A stretch of DNA of 64,000 nucleotides, taken from Antedon mediterranea (lineage: Eukaryota; Animalia; Echinodermata). Shown in pieces: positions 25,001-36,857 of the stretch. The stretch covers positions 1,674,001 through 1,738,000 of the forward strand of contig NC_092672.1 of the NCBI RefSeq assembly GCF_964355755.1, in the 5' to 3' direction. Under the pieces are notes generated by a model. The model worked only from the letters and a program-made list of their open reading frames with translations. It did no database searches and had not been told where the DNA came from. Numbering within the stretch: position 1 is the first letter of the stretch; each line of letters opens with the position of its first letter. Position numbers and translations under genes: made by a program.

Positions 25001-28000
25001 GTCTGGAAAAAACATACTATACCCTTGTACAGGCAGGGAGTTGTAACTCCCTGCCTGTACCTTACAGTTATAGAAAAGAACCATGTTTGAGCATGGAGAC
25101 CTATAAATCTATAGGTCCATGGTTTGAGTCTCAACTTTATTTCTCTATTGTTTTAACCACAAATAGTTCTTCAGAATTGTTGCTGTTTGGTTTTGTCTTT
25201 TTAAATTATAGTTATTAATCAATTCACACCTTTTTGCCTTTTTGCAGTAAAAAGGGATTCATTGTGAGGTCATTTGGGACTGGTGTGAACGTGAAGTTAC
25301 CAGGCTCCGCCCCAGATAAACCAAACATCTATGAGTTTGACGGAACTACATACGAACAAATGTACCAAGACCTCATGCGCAAGGACAGGAGCTTGTAGCC
25401 TTTTTAAATAATTTTATTTATTTATTAGTTATCATTTATTAATATCATTTATTATTAAAATAGGGCATGAAAATTTACGTAAATATCATGAAAATATCAA
25501 CCACTTTGCTTAATATTATTACATAACATAACAAATAGCTTCAAATTAAATTTTAAAGAAAATTATAACTGACCTTACATGTGGTCAGTAATTAATGTAA
25601 CTGTATGGGAAAGTAAAATTGAAAAGAGTAACACGGAACACCCTGAGGACTGGTCTGTGTTTGCGAGTGTAAGTATTTCCTACTACCATTGACTTCATGA
25701 GGTCCAGGCCGGCCCATAAGTGAGGGCTACAAGGCTGTATCTTTTTATTTATTTTTCACCCGATTCTTGTTACTGTACTAGTTTTCTCCCGTATCATAGG
25801 AATATTCCATAATACAGCATCACATGTGTTTCACAGTCATACTGTAGTATCATAGACCATTACTAACCCTTAACCTAACCTTACAAGTACATACAGGCAT
25901 CACATGAGATGCTGTATTACCAAATATGCCTAGTGTGTAAACATTATTGACATAATTTCATTAAACATCCACATACAGTACAACTCTTCTTAACAAAATT
26001 TGTTTCCATCTTCTATCAACTAAAAGTCGTAGTTAGTCATGTCTCGGTCACATTCTATGGTCACCGTACACTAGATAGGCTACTACATCAGTACTTCTAT
26101 GAATGGATGACTTGTTGGTGACAAAAACGCTAGTTGGTCATACCACCATAGAGATAATATCTCTATGGTCATACCCAGTACCGTTTTGATTTTAGGCGAT
26201 CTTGTCAAAGGTCAAGCGCCTATAGCCTGCCACGTTTCGATATTCAATATTAAACTTGACCTATGATACTGGGTAATTATTGTAGTAGCCTATGTGGAGA
26301 CAGCAACAGCACTGAGAATCAGGTATATTTTGTATATAATTATCTTTTCAGTAGTCGACAATATTAACTCGTTACTCTTACTACAAGATGTCAATGATGT
26401 TATTTAGCTCATTTTAAAAAGCCATCTGTTGTCAAAAACAAAATTGTTTTACCACCATAATGCCATGTAACATATGTTAGCGATTAATATTATAAATGAT
26501 TATTGATTGTTGTTATTTAGATAATGTAACATGTGACATCAGTGGCTTTTATTATTATGCGCTAATTAAATCTAGCCTGACATTCAGTACAGAGTAACAT
26601 ATGGCTATAGATTAGTTTCTCAAGTTGTACAATACACTGTGGGCAAAATAAATTAAATCTGAAATGCTTATGTATGCTTTGTAAATTTGTTCAGCTGTTT
26701 CGTGACTAAATCGGGGATTTAGCAATAGCATTGTCGTACAAAATAATACCTGTTGCAGAATACAAAATTTGTATTTAGATTTTCCATCATGAACTAGCTT
26801 AGCTTTTGTTATTGGCGACTCCCATATTTAGACGAGTAATTGCTCATGTCAATATTTGTCATCCAGTTGGCATTGAAAGCTCTTAAATGACAATACCCTC
26901 TTTCTGCAGCTCACTTTGTAACTTTTTAGAAAATTCATCCATTTATTTTTAATTTAACCATGTGAATCAGACATCGATGTAAATTAGTAAAATTGTTAGT
27001 CTATTTCGTGCCTAGCTTACCTGGATAAACCGACATTTGCCTATTCTCTCTCGAGAAGAGGGCTACAATTCGAATATAACATTTTATGAAACACCCCTAT
27101 TAGATAATGGTACATTCCATGAACCCTGCCCTCAAGTAGAAGCTTTCCAACACACAACAATCATCAAAACTTTTGGTTTGTGTTATTTACAAATGTTGAA
27201 TCTGTATTGGTTTCAATCAAAATAAACAATTGAAAAGAAAAACTAACAGAGAGACATTTTGGGAAATATTTTTTGACATAATATCTCTAAATTAATATTT
27301 TCTAAAATGTTATTTGTATATGAAAAGCAAATTACTGAAAATGACGATGCTGGTGCTATAAATGGCTGGATCTCAATTGTTATACAAATAAAATAAGCAA
27401 AAGGCTAAATCAAAGTAAAACCGTCGGAAAGGACTAACAATACCTTTCAATTCAGACTTATCACCTTATTACAGTACGAGCGAGTTCATTTGTGATTACT
27501 CAATGCCGTTTGTTTACTTTCAAAGCGAACAATTGAATCCTGAATTGAACACTAGTGTTAGCCTTCACTGACCTGTTAATGCAACCTACTTCCATCCCAT
27601 TGTAATCTATGCTTACAAGGCTACATGCAACAACTGTGTACATTTCATAATTGTTCTGCTAATATCAATTTTGATATTGTCACTCAAATCAGGGAGATCT
27701 CCCTGCTCAAGTCATGGAAAAAAGGCCTAAAATCAGTCTTGAATACACAGTGAAATAGTTTTCAAATCCCGTAAACAGTCAGCCAAATTTAAGGAAATTC
27801 ACCCTTTTTCATTAGGTCTTTTAAATTTGATTGTCGAGGTTCATTATAAATAATCACTTCTGTCCAACGGATATAAAAATTGTCCGTAATCTTACAATTA
27901 CTAAAGCTCTGTCTACACTATCAAACTTTATGTGACAACAAATGTGGTGTGCCCATATATGGACACAATTATGTCGTATCACTACCATATTTGGGGCAGA

Positions 28001-31000
28001 TCGCACTTATTTTTGCAAATTAAGTTATAGTGTAACCAGAGCTTTAGTTGGTTACCGCAGCAGTGAAGGGGACAGTCTTAGTCTCCCGAGACAATCAACA
28101 ACTACACCAGCCATATTCAGAACGATATGCAAGTTCTTGGAATGTGATCTGAAAAGAGGCTGAAAGAACGAGATAGATGCCACCTGCCACCGCACTCAAT
28201 TGTAAGTTAGTTTTCAATTGTTTAAAAGGTTTGCATGGCAGGCAAGGAGGAACATTCAAGTTAGGGTTACAGTCATGCTGGGGAGGGAGTGAATTTCGGT
28301 TGTTGTATTACGACCGTTTTATTGATTAATCGCATTTTTCCCAGAAGACGATCGTAACAATAAAACGTCGAGGCATTCACAATTTTAGGAATTCCATCTG
28401 GTATTACAACAACCTTCACAGCTTCGATTACAACAAGTTCGATTACATTTGCCTATTTACTGTTGTTATAAATTGTTATTCCCTTTAAAAGAGAGTTTAT
28501 GGGGAATGCCGATACGAACGTGTAAAGAGACGGCGCGCCCATCACGCTCCAATCATCAACACTCCAAATGTATTAATTTCTAGGTCAAAGTTTATAAAAA
28601 AACGTTGACATGATGTGCGTTTTCTGGTTTTTTTTAACATATATTTTTTATTTACTTATCAAAATTTATTATGCTACCATTATTTGAAAATAAATTAAGC
28701 GACATGCGCTCTCCAATATGGCTCTATCCAGAATTAGTTTATTTAACCGGCCCCTAATAGGTTGTTTTGCGCACCCTATGATTTTTTTTAGTTCGGGTCC
28801 CTAAATATAATCTTAATTTTTTAAAGAGTGTTTTTCCAAATGATGGCCATTTCATTTGGAATCAATTAGATACAGTACTAGTATTGTTAAATTTTCCTCT
28901 CTCCCAACTTTTCGTAAAAAAACTTAAAAATCATTTATTATCATTGTACTCAAACTAGACCTTCAAACTCTTCTGGTCATGACTTTTTATTTTATTTAAT
29001 AATTATATACAAATGTATTTTTTTCTTTTGTTTATGGGTCTTGCGTGACAAGTAATCTCTTCTTTCAAGATCCTCTATTAATGGTATTTTTTGTATTTTC
29101 TCATTATAAATTATCATTCTTTTTTATTGTATTGTTTTACCATTGATAGAAACTAATAAATGTTGAATTACTATAAATAAAATATAAAGGGATGAGTATA
29201 TGAGTATTAGTATTTTACGCAACCTATGTTATGCTAAGCCACCTCACGCCAGTCAAACGTCAACAAAAGCCTGGTTCCCTAGGACGTAACGCAAGGACGT
29301 AAGCGAAACGTAATGCTTGTTCCCACTAGAACGCAACACGTAAGCGCAACGTAAAGCTGGTTCCCAACTGGGACGTGTCGCAACAGCGTAAGTAGGCCTA
29401 ATTTGACCAATCACAGTGCGATGTATCATCCTTCATCGCGTGTGATTGGTCAATTTCCTTGCGTTATGCTTCCATGCGTTACGTCCTAGTGTAAACCAAC
29501 TTAATAGCTAATATAACAAATATTTTTAGCATCAAATCTTAATATTCTGTCAATTTATAATAATGAAATTAATATGTACTGTATATTGATATGAATACAA
29601 ATCTTAAGCTCTGTCTACATAATGGTATAGTAGAATGCTCAAATATGGTGGTAGTATGATCAAATATGGTAGTGATATGACATCATCATGTCTATTTATG
29701 GGCACATCACATTTTTTTGTCACATCAAGTTTGATAGTGTAGACAGAACATTATTTTGTTACGCATTTAAATAGCATTGGTTATGTTGATTTGCCTTAAT
29801 CACACGAATCAGATATACACAGAATGGCATTCTAAATATGCTTGATCGAAATAGGAGGATAAAGCCGCACCCGGAACGATTCCAGTCGTGTAAAGACTCT
29901 TTTGAGGTCATAATCACAGCAGAAGAAAAAGTCTACGACCAAGTAATGGAAGACTTTCAGTCACGTGAACAGACGACATATCAACCAGTACATGTGGTTA
30001 ACATCGAGATCCAGGATAACCACGATGAGGCCACGCTCGGTGCCTTCCAAGTGCTTGACCTTTGTACAATGGTAATACATAGCTTCTTTTTTTTTATGAT
30101 GCGGAGGTGTATTCCATCGCGTTCTTTTGATGATACGGAGGTGCATCATTCCATCGCGTTCTATTGATGATACGGACATTTCAATCTTTAACAATGGACT
30201 TAAACCATTGAAGTGTTGGCATTGAAAGCTCTTAAATGACAATACCCTCCTTCTGCAGCTCACTTTGTCACTTTTTAGACAAATTCTCCGGTTTTTTTTT
30301 TAAATTTAACGATGTGAATCAGACATCTGTGTAAATTAGTAAAATTGTTAGTCTATTTCGTGCCTAGCTTACCTGGATAAACCGACATTTGCATATTCTC
30401 TCTCGAGAAGAGGGCTACAATTCGAATATAACATTTTATGAAACACCCCTATTAGATAATGGTACATTCCATGAACCCTGCCCTCAAGTAGAAGCTTTCC
30501 AACACACAACAATCATCAAAACTTTTGGTTTGTGTTATTTACAAATGTTGAATCTGGATTGGTTTCAATCAAAATAAACAATTGAAAAGAAAAACTAAAA
30601 GAGAGACATTTTGGGAAATATTTGTTGACATAATATCTCTAAATTAATATTTTCTAAAATGTTATTTGTATATGAAAAGCAAATTACTGAAAATGACGAT
30701 GCTGTTGCTATAAATGGCTGGATCTCAATTGTTTTACAAATGAAATAAGCAAAAGGCTAAATCAAAGTAAAACCGTCGGAAAGAAATAGGTTGGGGTGCA
30801 TGTTATAATTAGGCGATAACGACTGTAAACACACCATCATTATAAAAACAATGTTTAAACGTCCCCGCTGAGAACAGTATTTTTGTATTAACCGTAAACA
30901 ATATACCAGGGCAATAGAATGATCCAACGGACTAACAATACCTTTCAATTCAGACTTATTACCCTATTAAAATAACAAAAACACTTCAAAATAAAGTACA

Positions 31001-31811
31001 GTACGAGCGAGTTCATTTGTGATTACTCAATGCCGTTTGTTTACTTTCAAAGCGAACAATTGAATCCTGAATTGAACGCTAGTGTTAGCCTACACTGACC
31101 TGTTAATGCAACCTACTTCCATCCCACTGTACTGTGTACATTTCATAATTTTTCTGCTAATATCAATTTTGATATTATCACTCAAATCAGGGAGATCTCC
31201 CTGCTCAAATCATGGAAAAAAGGCCTAAAATCAGTCTCGAATACACAGTGAAATAGTTTTCAAATCCCGTAAACAGTTAGCCAAATTTAAGGAAATTCAC
31301 CCTTTTTCATTAGGTCTTTTAAATTTGATTGTCGAGGTTCATATCACTTCTGTCCAACGGATATAAAAATTGTCCGTAATCTAATTTAGTGAACCAGTTC
31401 ACCGGGGTAACCCCCTCCCTACATTATTGACAAAGTAGCAACATTTTGCTACCGGGGTGCTACCGTACCATTTTATTACGGCGGCGTGAGGGAGACGGGG
31501 GGGGGGGTGTCTCTGGTCCACTACCTGCAGAATCACCGTACCCCATCCCCCATAGATTCCGATGACCGCTGTATTACCTGCCAATCGTTTCACTGACAAA
31601 GCTGGATTGTATCCCAATGTTGTTATAATATTGTTAATTTTTCTGTTTCATTTTTTATATTAAAGTAATTTGTACTTTTATATGATGTTTTTACACATTT
31701 TTCTTTCAGATGGAGTGTAGCGGAGATCTTGAAGATGACATAGACGAGATATTACAAGATTTTGAACAGAAATACGACCGTGAAGTGTATCATTCCATCG
31801 CGTTCTATTGA
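19099..31811 (+). CDS. SSU72: RNA Pol II CTD phosphatase SSU72; exons 19099-19184, 25248-25394, 29813-30071, 31710-31811
   Basis: AVVCSSNQNRSMEAH (catalytic CX5R), VRSFGTG..VKLPG.APDKPNIY, LYTQNGILNMLDRNRRIKPHPERFQ, IQDNHDEATLGAF, DLEDDIDEILQDFEQKYDREVYHSIAFY*. Confidence 0.96.
19349..20288. mobile_element. Mutator-like non-autonomous element with 9-bp TSD and subterminal repeats; carries a LINE 3' remnant (~19500-20030, minus)
   Basis: gtttaggag|ggttatcagacgatcggg ... cccgatcgtctgttcccc|gtttaggag, with multiple gacgatcggg motifs at both ends. The internal minus frame IGYKLFNNLPSKISSSCSSKMFSFKLK is typical of a CR1/L2-group ORF2 end. Confidence 0.8.
21305..24582. mobile_element. 3.3-kb TIR element with 4-bp TSD (Sola-like), non-coding
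   Basis: agat|gggcaattc ... gaattgccc|agat, with a recurrent subterminal motif taattccgttacc in both orientations. Confidence 0.6.
21946..23073. mobile_element. Nested 1.1-kb TIR element, TTAA TSD (Kolobok-like)
   Basis: ttaa|aatggacctgaaatggattttcgatttt ... aaaatcgaaattccatttcaggtccatt|ttaa. Confidence 0.85.
24900..25150 (-). mobile_element. Degraded CR1/L2-group LINE ORF2 3' end
   Basis: Minus frame LWNKLPQEAVESTSIEGFK, interrupted by frameshifts and stops. Confidence 0.55.
26866..27892. repeat. ~1-kb segment duplicated at 30215-31382
   Basis: Near-identical sequence, including duplicate ORFs 27037-27225 and 30389-30577. The second copy has an extra ~145 bp. Confidence 0.93.
29268..29502. 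mobile_element. Second MITE family (TIR approx. agcttggttcccactag); relatives at ~32225-32305, ~46083-46225, ~48745-48880
   Basis: agcctggttccctaggacgtaacgca ... tgcgttacgtcctagtgtaaaccaact, with an internal hairpin ttgaccaatcac/gtgattggtcaa. Confidence 0.7.
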
Positions 31812-33349
31812 TGATACGGAGGTGTATCATTCCATCGCGTTTTTTTTTTTTGTATGATGCGGAGGTGTATTCCATCGCGTTCTTTTGATGATACGGAGGT
31901 GCATCATTCCATCGCGTTCTATTGATGATACGGACATTTCAATCTTTAACAATGGACTTAAACCATTGGGGTGAATGGAAATATTTTTTATAGGCCTAAT
32001 TGTTATCAGACTTTGAACTGCAGACACACGTACGACCGTGGGATGTTTTTTCCCAATAATATTCCATCACGTGTATCTATACATTATTTTAACGTGTTAT
32101 TTATTAGAGAAACTGTAGTCTACAAACAATGGCGCAGCGACACAAATTGAGACATACTGGGACCACCGAGAATTGTGTGATGGCTATAGTTACGTATACC
32201 CAATGACTTTGATTTCACGTAGGCAGGGCAAACACAATTATTGGAAGGGAATTTTCTTACGTTGCGTAGGTTCGTTACGTTGCGTCGCTAGTGGGAACCA
32301 AGCTTTAATATGCGAATTCATAGCCAACGCTACAAGTATGGGTAGGCTAATAAACGACCGGTCATATTTATTTAGGATTGGTTCAATGATGTTTTAAGCG
32401 TAAATTAGTAATTGACCAATCACAAGTGGCGGTTCATCCGAACTGCCGCTTGATTGATGGATTTATTAATCAACTCACTTTTATTATGTGTGCGTACGTT
32501 CTTGTATTGCTTCCTAGATTTACGCAACGCACCGTTCTTTGTTCTAACCCGATGTCAACCATATCGTGTAGATAATAAATTGCACTGCACAAATGTAAAC
32601 AAATGCATAATTTCTTAAATGTATTGTTTTATTGTTATCTACAAAATCGATTTTAATGCCATGTAATATAAAACTCAACCTTCAATCATGTTATACATCA
32701 GGGCACAAAAAGATGTGCGCAATCAGGAAAGAGATATCATAATTGTTCTTAACGTTCTTCTATTATTTCTTATAATATATTTATTTACGAAAAGGTGAAC
32801 AAGAATAAAAGTGCAAAGTCATTACATTATACCAGCAATTAGACCTATATCTATAGTCAATTAGGCCTATTAACTACAATACCTGCTTGTCAGTAATCTA
32901 CGAATAGACGCACTTTTTCTAATGTATTTGCGCTTCTTGAATAATATATACACTCGGCTATTGTGAAGATGATATGTTCTTTTTATTATCAGGTCAAATT
33001 ATTATTCACTTGATCGGTAATTTATCTGAACCAATTCCTTTGATGTTTTTTTTTTTGTTTTAACGGAAGTCTGTCAAAAGAATGATGTCAGAAAATTAGA
33101 TTCATAGAATCTTTACTGTTATTCAATTACTTAACAAATTGCTTTTGTAAATTATTTTATAAAATTAAAGTCATTTAAATATAAATATCTGAAGAAACCA
33201 TGTTGAGAAATATAATACCAATAAAAGAAAATGTTTTTATAATGAATTGAATGGGAATAATAAAGGTGGGCGATACCCACAACAACAAAAGATTGATCGG
33301 TAATTTCCGGATGGACTATGTGTGACAGGCAGTTTTCATCTTTTTCTTT

Positions 33350-34990
33350 TCATTTTTTCACTTCTTTCAGAATTTTTCTTTTTAAAATTTCTAAACCTTG
33401 GTTGTTTTTCTCTTCATTTTCGACATAAAATACAGGTAATCCATCATTATTTTTGATGACCATATTATTAAATCTAAGATCAAGCGAAGCAGCTACAGAT
33501 ATGGCGAACTTCTCTAAGTCTCTTTTGAAGAACGATCTGCTGTGGGTACCAACGCAAAATACGGGGATGTTTCTCCTTCTAGATTTCATCAAGATTGTGT
33601 TTAACCAGTTGTTGAGACGTTTTAATTCACTTACAGGATCTCTTACAGCTTCGGCAGTATTGAAAAACAGCAAACACACGGAATTGTTTGGTACAGAATC
33701 AACTGGTACGCCACTAACGAATTCCCATAAGCTGAGCTTACATCCGAGAAACTCTGACGCAGGCATTGTGGAATAGTTAAATTTTGTGTACATTCTAGTT
33801 TCTCCTTTTTCGTAAAAATAGTACACGTGGATAATAAAAATAGCACCCACGGAAAAGTAAACGAATAAATGAGAAGAGTTCCAAAGAATGTCAACCTTGC
33901 TGGCAAACATGAAAACATATCCATAATATATGTAGAACATAGCAATGATTGTCAAGTTTGGAGTTTTGCGTTCCGCGTATTCATGGACCATGCCGACGGG
34001 ACTGTATTTGACTCCTAATGCGTACGAATTTGTTGATATTAGATTCGTGATTATGATAACAATGATTGAGAGTCGAGCCGCACTGCACATTGAGGGCCTA
34101 CTTGCTGAGATGTGTTGACATACAATAAGTAGCATTAGCACTGTAACAGACAGTATTATTTTATAAGAATGTTTAAACTGCGACTTCTCTCTCTTCATAA
34201 ATTCTTTAAAAAATGCAAATGAAATACAAAATAAAGTACCGCTGTATATACATATTGTATCTTGATAATTTTGAGGTGTTGCAGTAAGTGGAAACACTAT
34301 CAAACAAAGTCCAATTGTGTACCCAAGAGAACCACCACGCAGCCGTTGTTCCAGTCCCATACAAAACAGCAATGGTGCGACCACGAGTATTAGACAGATT
34401 AGAACACCAAGTAACGGTTGTTGACTATCAAACAACCTGATTGCCTGTAGAGATATGGCAAACTGTATCGTGTTTACAGTATCAATAAGACATTTGTTGC
34501 GATACTGCTCGTACAAGACCATTGATAACACCAACAATGTGTATATTCCCAATCTTGACTGCAATCCTACGGTTAAGATGATTAAAAGTAGGTATAAATA
34601 CTCCCTAATGTCTCCTGTTATGGTACGAATCCACCGATAATCATCTTCATTTGATGAGTTGGTTTTCTGTTTGACACGAATATTTAAGATGTTACAATTG
34701 TCGTCATATTGTACTATTCGACAAACTGGAATAAAGTCCCCGCCAGACGCATCCAAATTCGCATTTAGTACGATTACATCTTTATCAGAACTTTGATGAT
34801 CAGTTAGTTCTGAAATTGTTTTCAGCGTTTCGTATTTGTCAGATGTACTGTCTCCAAATAGTAGCAGTTTTTGTCTTTTGGTTATGTTGTTTTCAGACAG
34901 GACATCATCGCAAGTGTCAAACAAATTGCCATCTTCTTCCGTAGTCATAATAACCAAATGCTGCGCTACTGTAGGTGTACTCGATGCCAT
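33350..34990 (-). CDS. Intronless multi-pass membrane protein with degenerate Roc-like GTPase halves (~546 aa from the first ATG)
   Basis: Uninterrupted 1.6-kb ORF. N-terminal KLLLFGDSTSDK, ~9-10 hydrophobic segments, then C-terminal LSLWEF, LLFFN, LNNWLNTI, PVFCVGTH, FYVEN, GLEILKRKI. Confidence 0.75.
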   Translation of the reverse strand: MASSTPTVAQHLVIMTTEEDGNLFDTCDDVLSENNITKRQKLLLFGDSTSDKYETLKTISELTDHQSSDKDVIVLNANLDASGGDFIPVCRIVQYDDNCNILNIRVKQKTNSSNEDDYRWIRTITGDIREYLYLLLIILTVGLQSRLGIYTLLVLSMVLYEQYRNKCLIDTVNTIQFAISLQAIRLFDSQQPLLGVLICLILVVAPLLFCMGLEQRLRGGSLGYTIGLCLIVFPLTATPQNYQDTICIYSGTLFCISFAFFKEFMKREKSQFKHSYKIILSVTVLMLLIVCQHISASRPSMCSAARLSIIVIIITNLISTNSYALGVKYSPVGMVHEYAERKTPNLTIIAMFYIYYGYVFMFASKVDILWNSSHLFVYFSVGAIFIIHVYYFYEKGETRMYTKFNYSTMPASEFLGCKLSLWEFVSGVPVDSVPNNSVCLLFFNTAEAVRDPVSELKRLNNWLNTILMKSRRRNIPVFCVGTHSRSFFKRDLEKFAISVAASLDLRFNNMVIKNNDGLPVFYVENEEKNNQGLEILKRKILKEVKK

Positions 34991-35535
34991 ATTTGTTGAA
35001 CAGGTAGCATACACGTTATAAACACTAATGATACAATATTGGTGTATTGTTCATTTTTAAACGCACGGTGGTAATGCATCGCTAAACCTATTGTTCTGAT
35101 TGTGGAGGTGATATTAATAACTGGAGCTCAACAGTTTCATCTTATATGTTACACATTTTTATAGACGAAAAATACTTTGGATTATTTTGTTTTCGACACT
35201 CATAATTAAAGGATGGAATTAGGTATAGGCATGAAGACTCGGGAGTACGTTTTTGTGACGTCAAAATGTACATGAATGTTAAAAATTAATGTTATGAAGC
35301 AGTAGATTCAGCCACAATAAATTAAGTGTGATGTACCCTAATATGGTATAGTGATATGACATCATTATGTGCATATATGGGCACATCGCATTTTTTTTTT
35401 GTCACATAAAGTGTGATAGTGTTGACAGAGCTTACTTATACGAGTACCATACGAAATATTTTACAACAAAGAGGAAGACCAATTTTACGCCATTTAACTA
35501 AGTTAAAGCTCAGGTACAGGCATGAATTTTAAATA

Positions 35536-36857
35536 CTAGAGGGTGAGCTCGCTTCGCTCGCTCCCCCTCTAGGAAGTGTAGACGATGGTTCTCGGAATGA
35601 TAATGTTCTCCTTATACATTTTCTGTCGGTTACCATTATTGAAAATGCTTGACATTCGTAAAACTGAACTACTTTGTTTCACAGTGTTTTAGATGATTAA
35701 TAACATTTTAAAGTATAGTTTTTATTGTTTGGTAGGGCCCTTTGGGGAGGCGGAGGTCATTTGAGGGAGGTGCTTATTCGAGGGATATATGTTAAATTTT
35801 GTAGTTCTAATAATATGGTAACATTTATAATCAAATGAAATCCTCTCATAGATATGAAAAGTGGTAAAAAAGAATAACAAATGCTTGGTAAATTGCAGAT
35901 AACAGTGCGGTGAATTCTACTAAATAGTATAATTGTGTTATTATAAATATGTGGATGGACGTTTATTAGATAGTTGGGTTGTGGGGGTGGGGGGGGGGGG
36001 GGGTTATTATTCAAAGTGATGTTTTATTGGAGAGGCGTTTATTCAAATGAATACCATCCTAATAATTATTAATACATTATTTAATTTAATCATCTTTTGA
36101 AACTAACTGCCGTGACAGAGTGGGCCCAAGAAAGAAGACATTACGGCTTGCAACATGGGCAGACATCTCGGTCCTAACGGGACACAGGAAGATAGCCTAC
36201 AGTTATTCCTGCAAGCTTACTCAATAAAACTCAGCTATCGGGATTTCACTCGAAAAATGTCTTATCAAATCTCCCTATGTAATTTTATAATACTATTCCC
36301 CACAATATATTCTGATTCTTTATGGCGTATATTTAATTTGATCTTTATTAATTTGCAGTATAATTCCTATTATTTAACTACTGTACCTTCACACACGTGT
36401 GGTATGTTTTAAAATAAACAAAAAACTGAAATGGCTATGATTAATGGCCAATTTTTTTTTCGTCTTCCAAAGGGACACTGTATTGATTGATGGAAAGTGC
36501 CTGTTTCACCTTTAGGGTCAAATCTATTATTTTAACTGCTCCCTTGTGTATAAAAGAGAGAAAATATTTGAAACTAAGGTGAACTTATCTTAAACCCGGA
36601 AATTACTTTGACCGGGAAGAATTGAAATTGAGAGGAAATCCAATGTTGAAATCATAAATGTTGTTAAAAAACTCTTTATAATATCTTCCTAAGATATAAA
36701 TATGGAACAATAGCGTCGGCGTGCACACTAATGTTATCAAATCTACGTTTCGCGGTACATCTCGGATAGATAAGGTAGGTATCCAAGGCGGAGATTTGTA
36801 CCGAAGTTTTTGCATTGTGCTCGCCTATGTCAGAATTAACCATAATTTATATATAGA
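35536..36857 (-). mobile_element. Non-autonomous Helitron (1.3 kb)
   Basis: The minus strand starts TCTATATATA and ends ...gcgagcgaagcgagctcaccctCTAG with a subterminal hairpin. It is inserted between A and T without a TSD, and the empty site is visible at 37080/37081. Confidence 0.88.

Larger units (their letters stand above)
25395..29812 (+). other. Probable U12-type (minor spliceosome) GT-AG intron, SSU72 intron 2
   Basis: Donor GTAGCCTTTT (consensus RTATCCTTT). Branch-like TGCCTTAAT lies 12 nt before the exon, with no polypyrimidine tract. Confidence 0.75.

Noticed and set aside
27037-30577. Duplicated 62-aa ORFs as a small gene pair
   Set aside because: They start at TTG, lie within a duplicated intronic repeat, and show no recognisable protein features.
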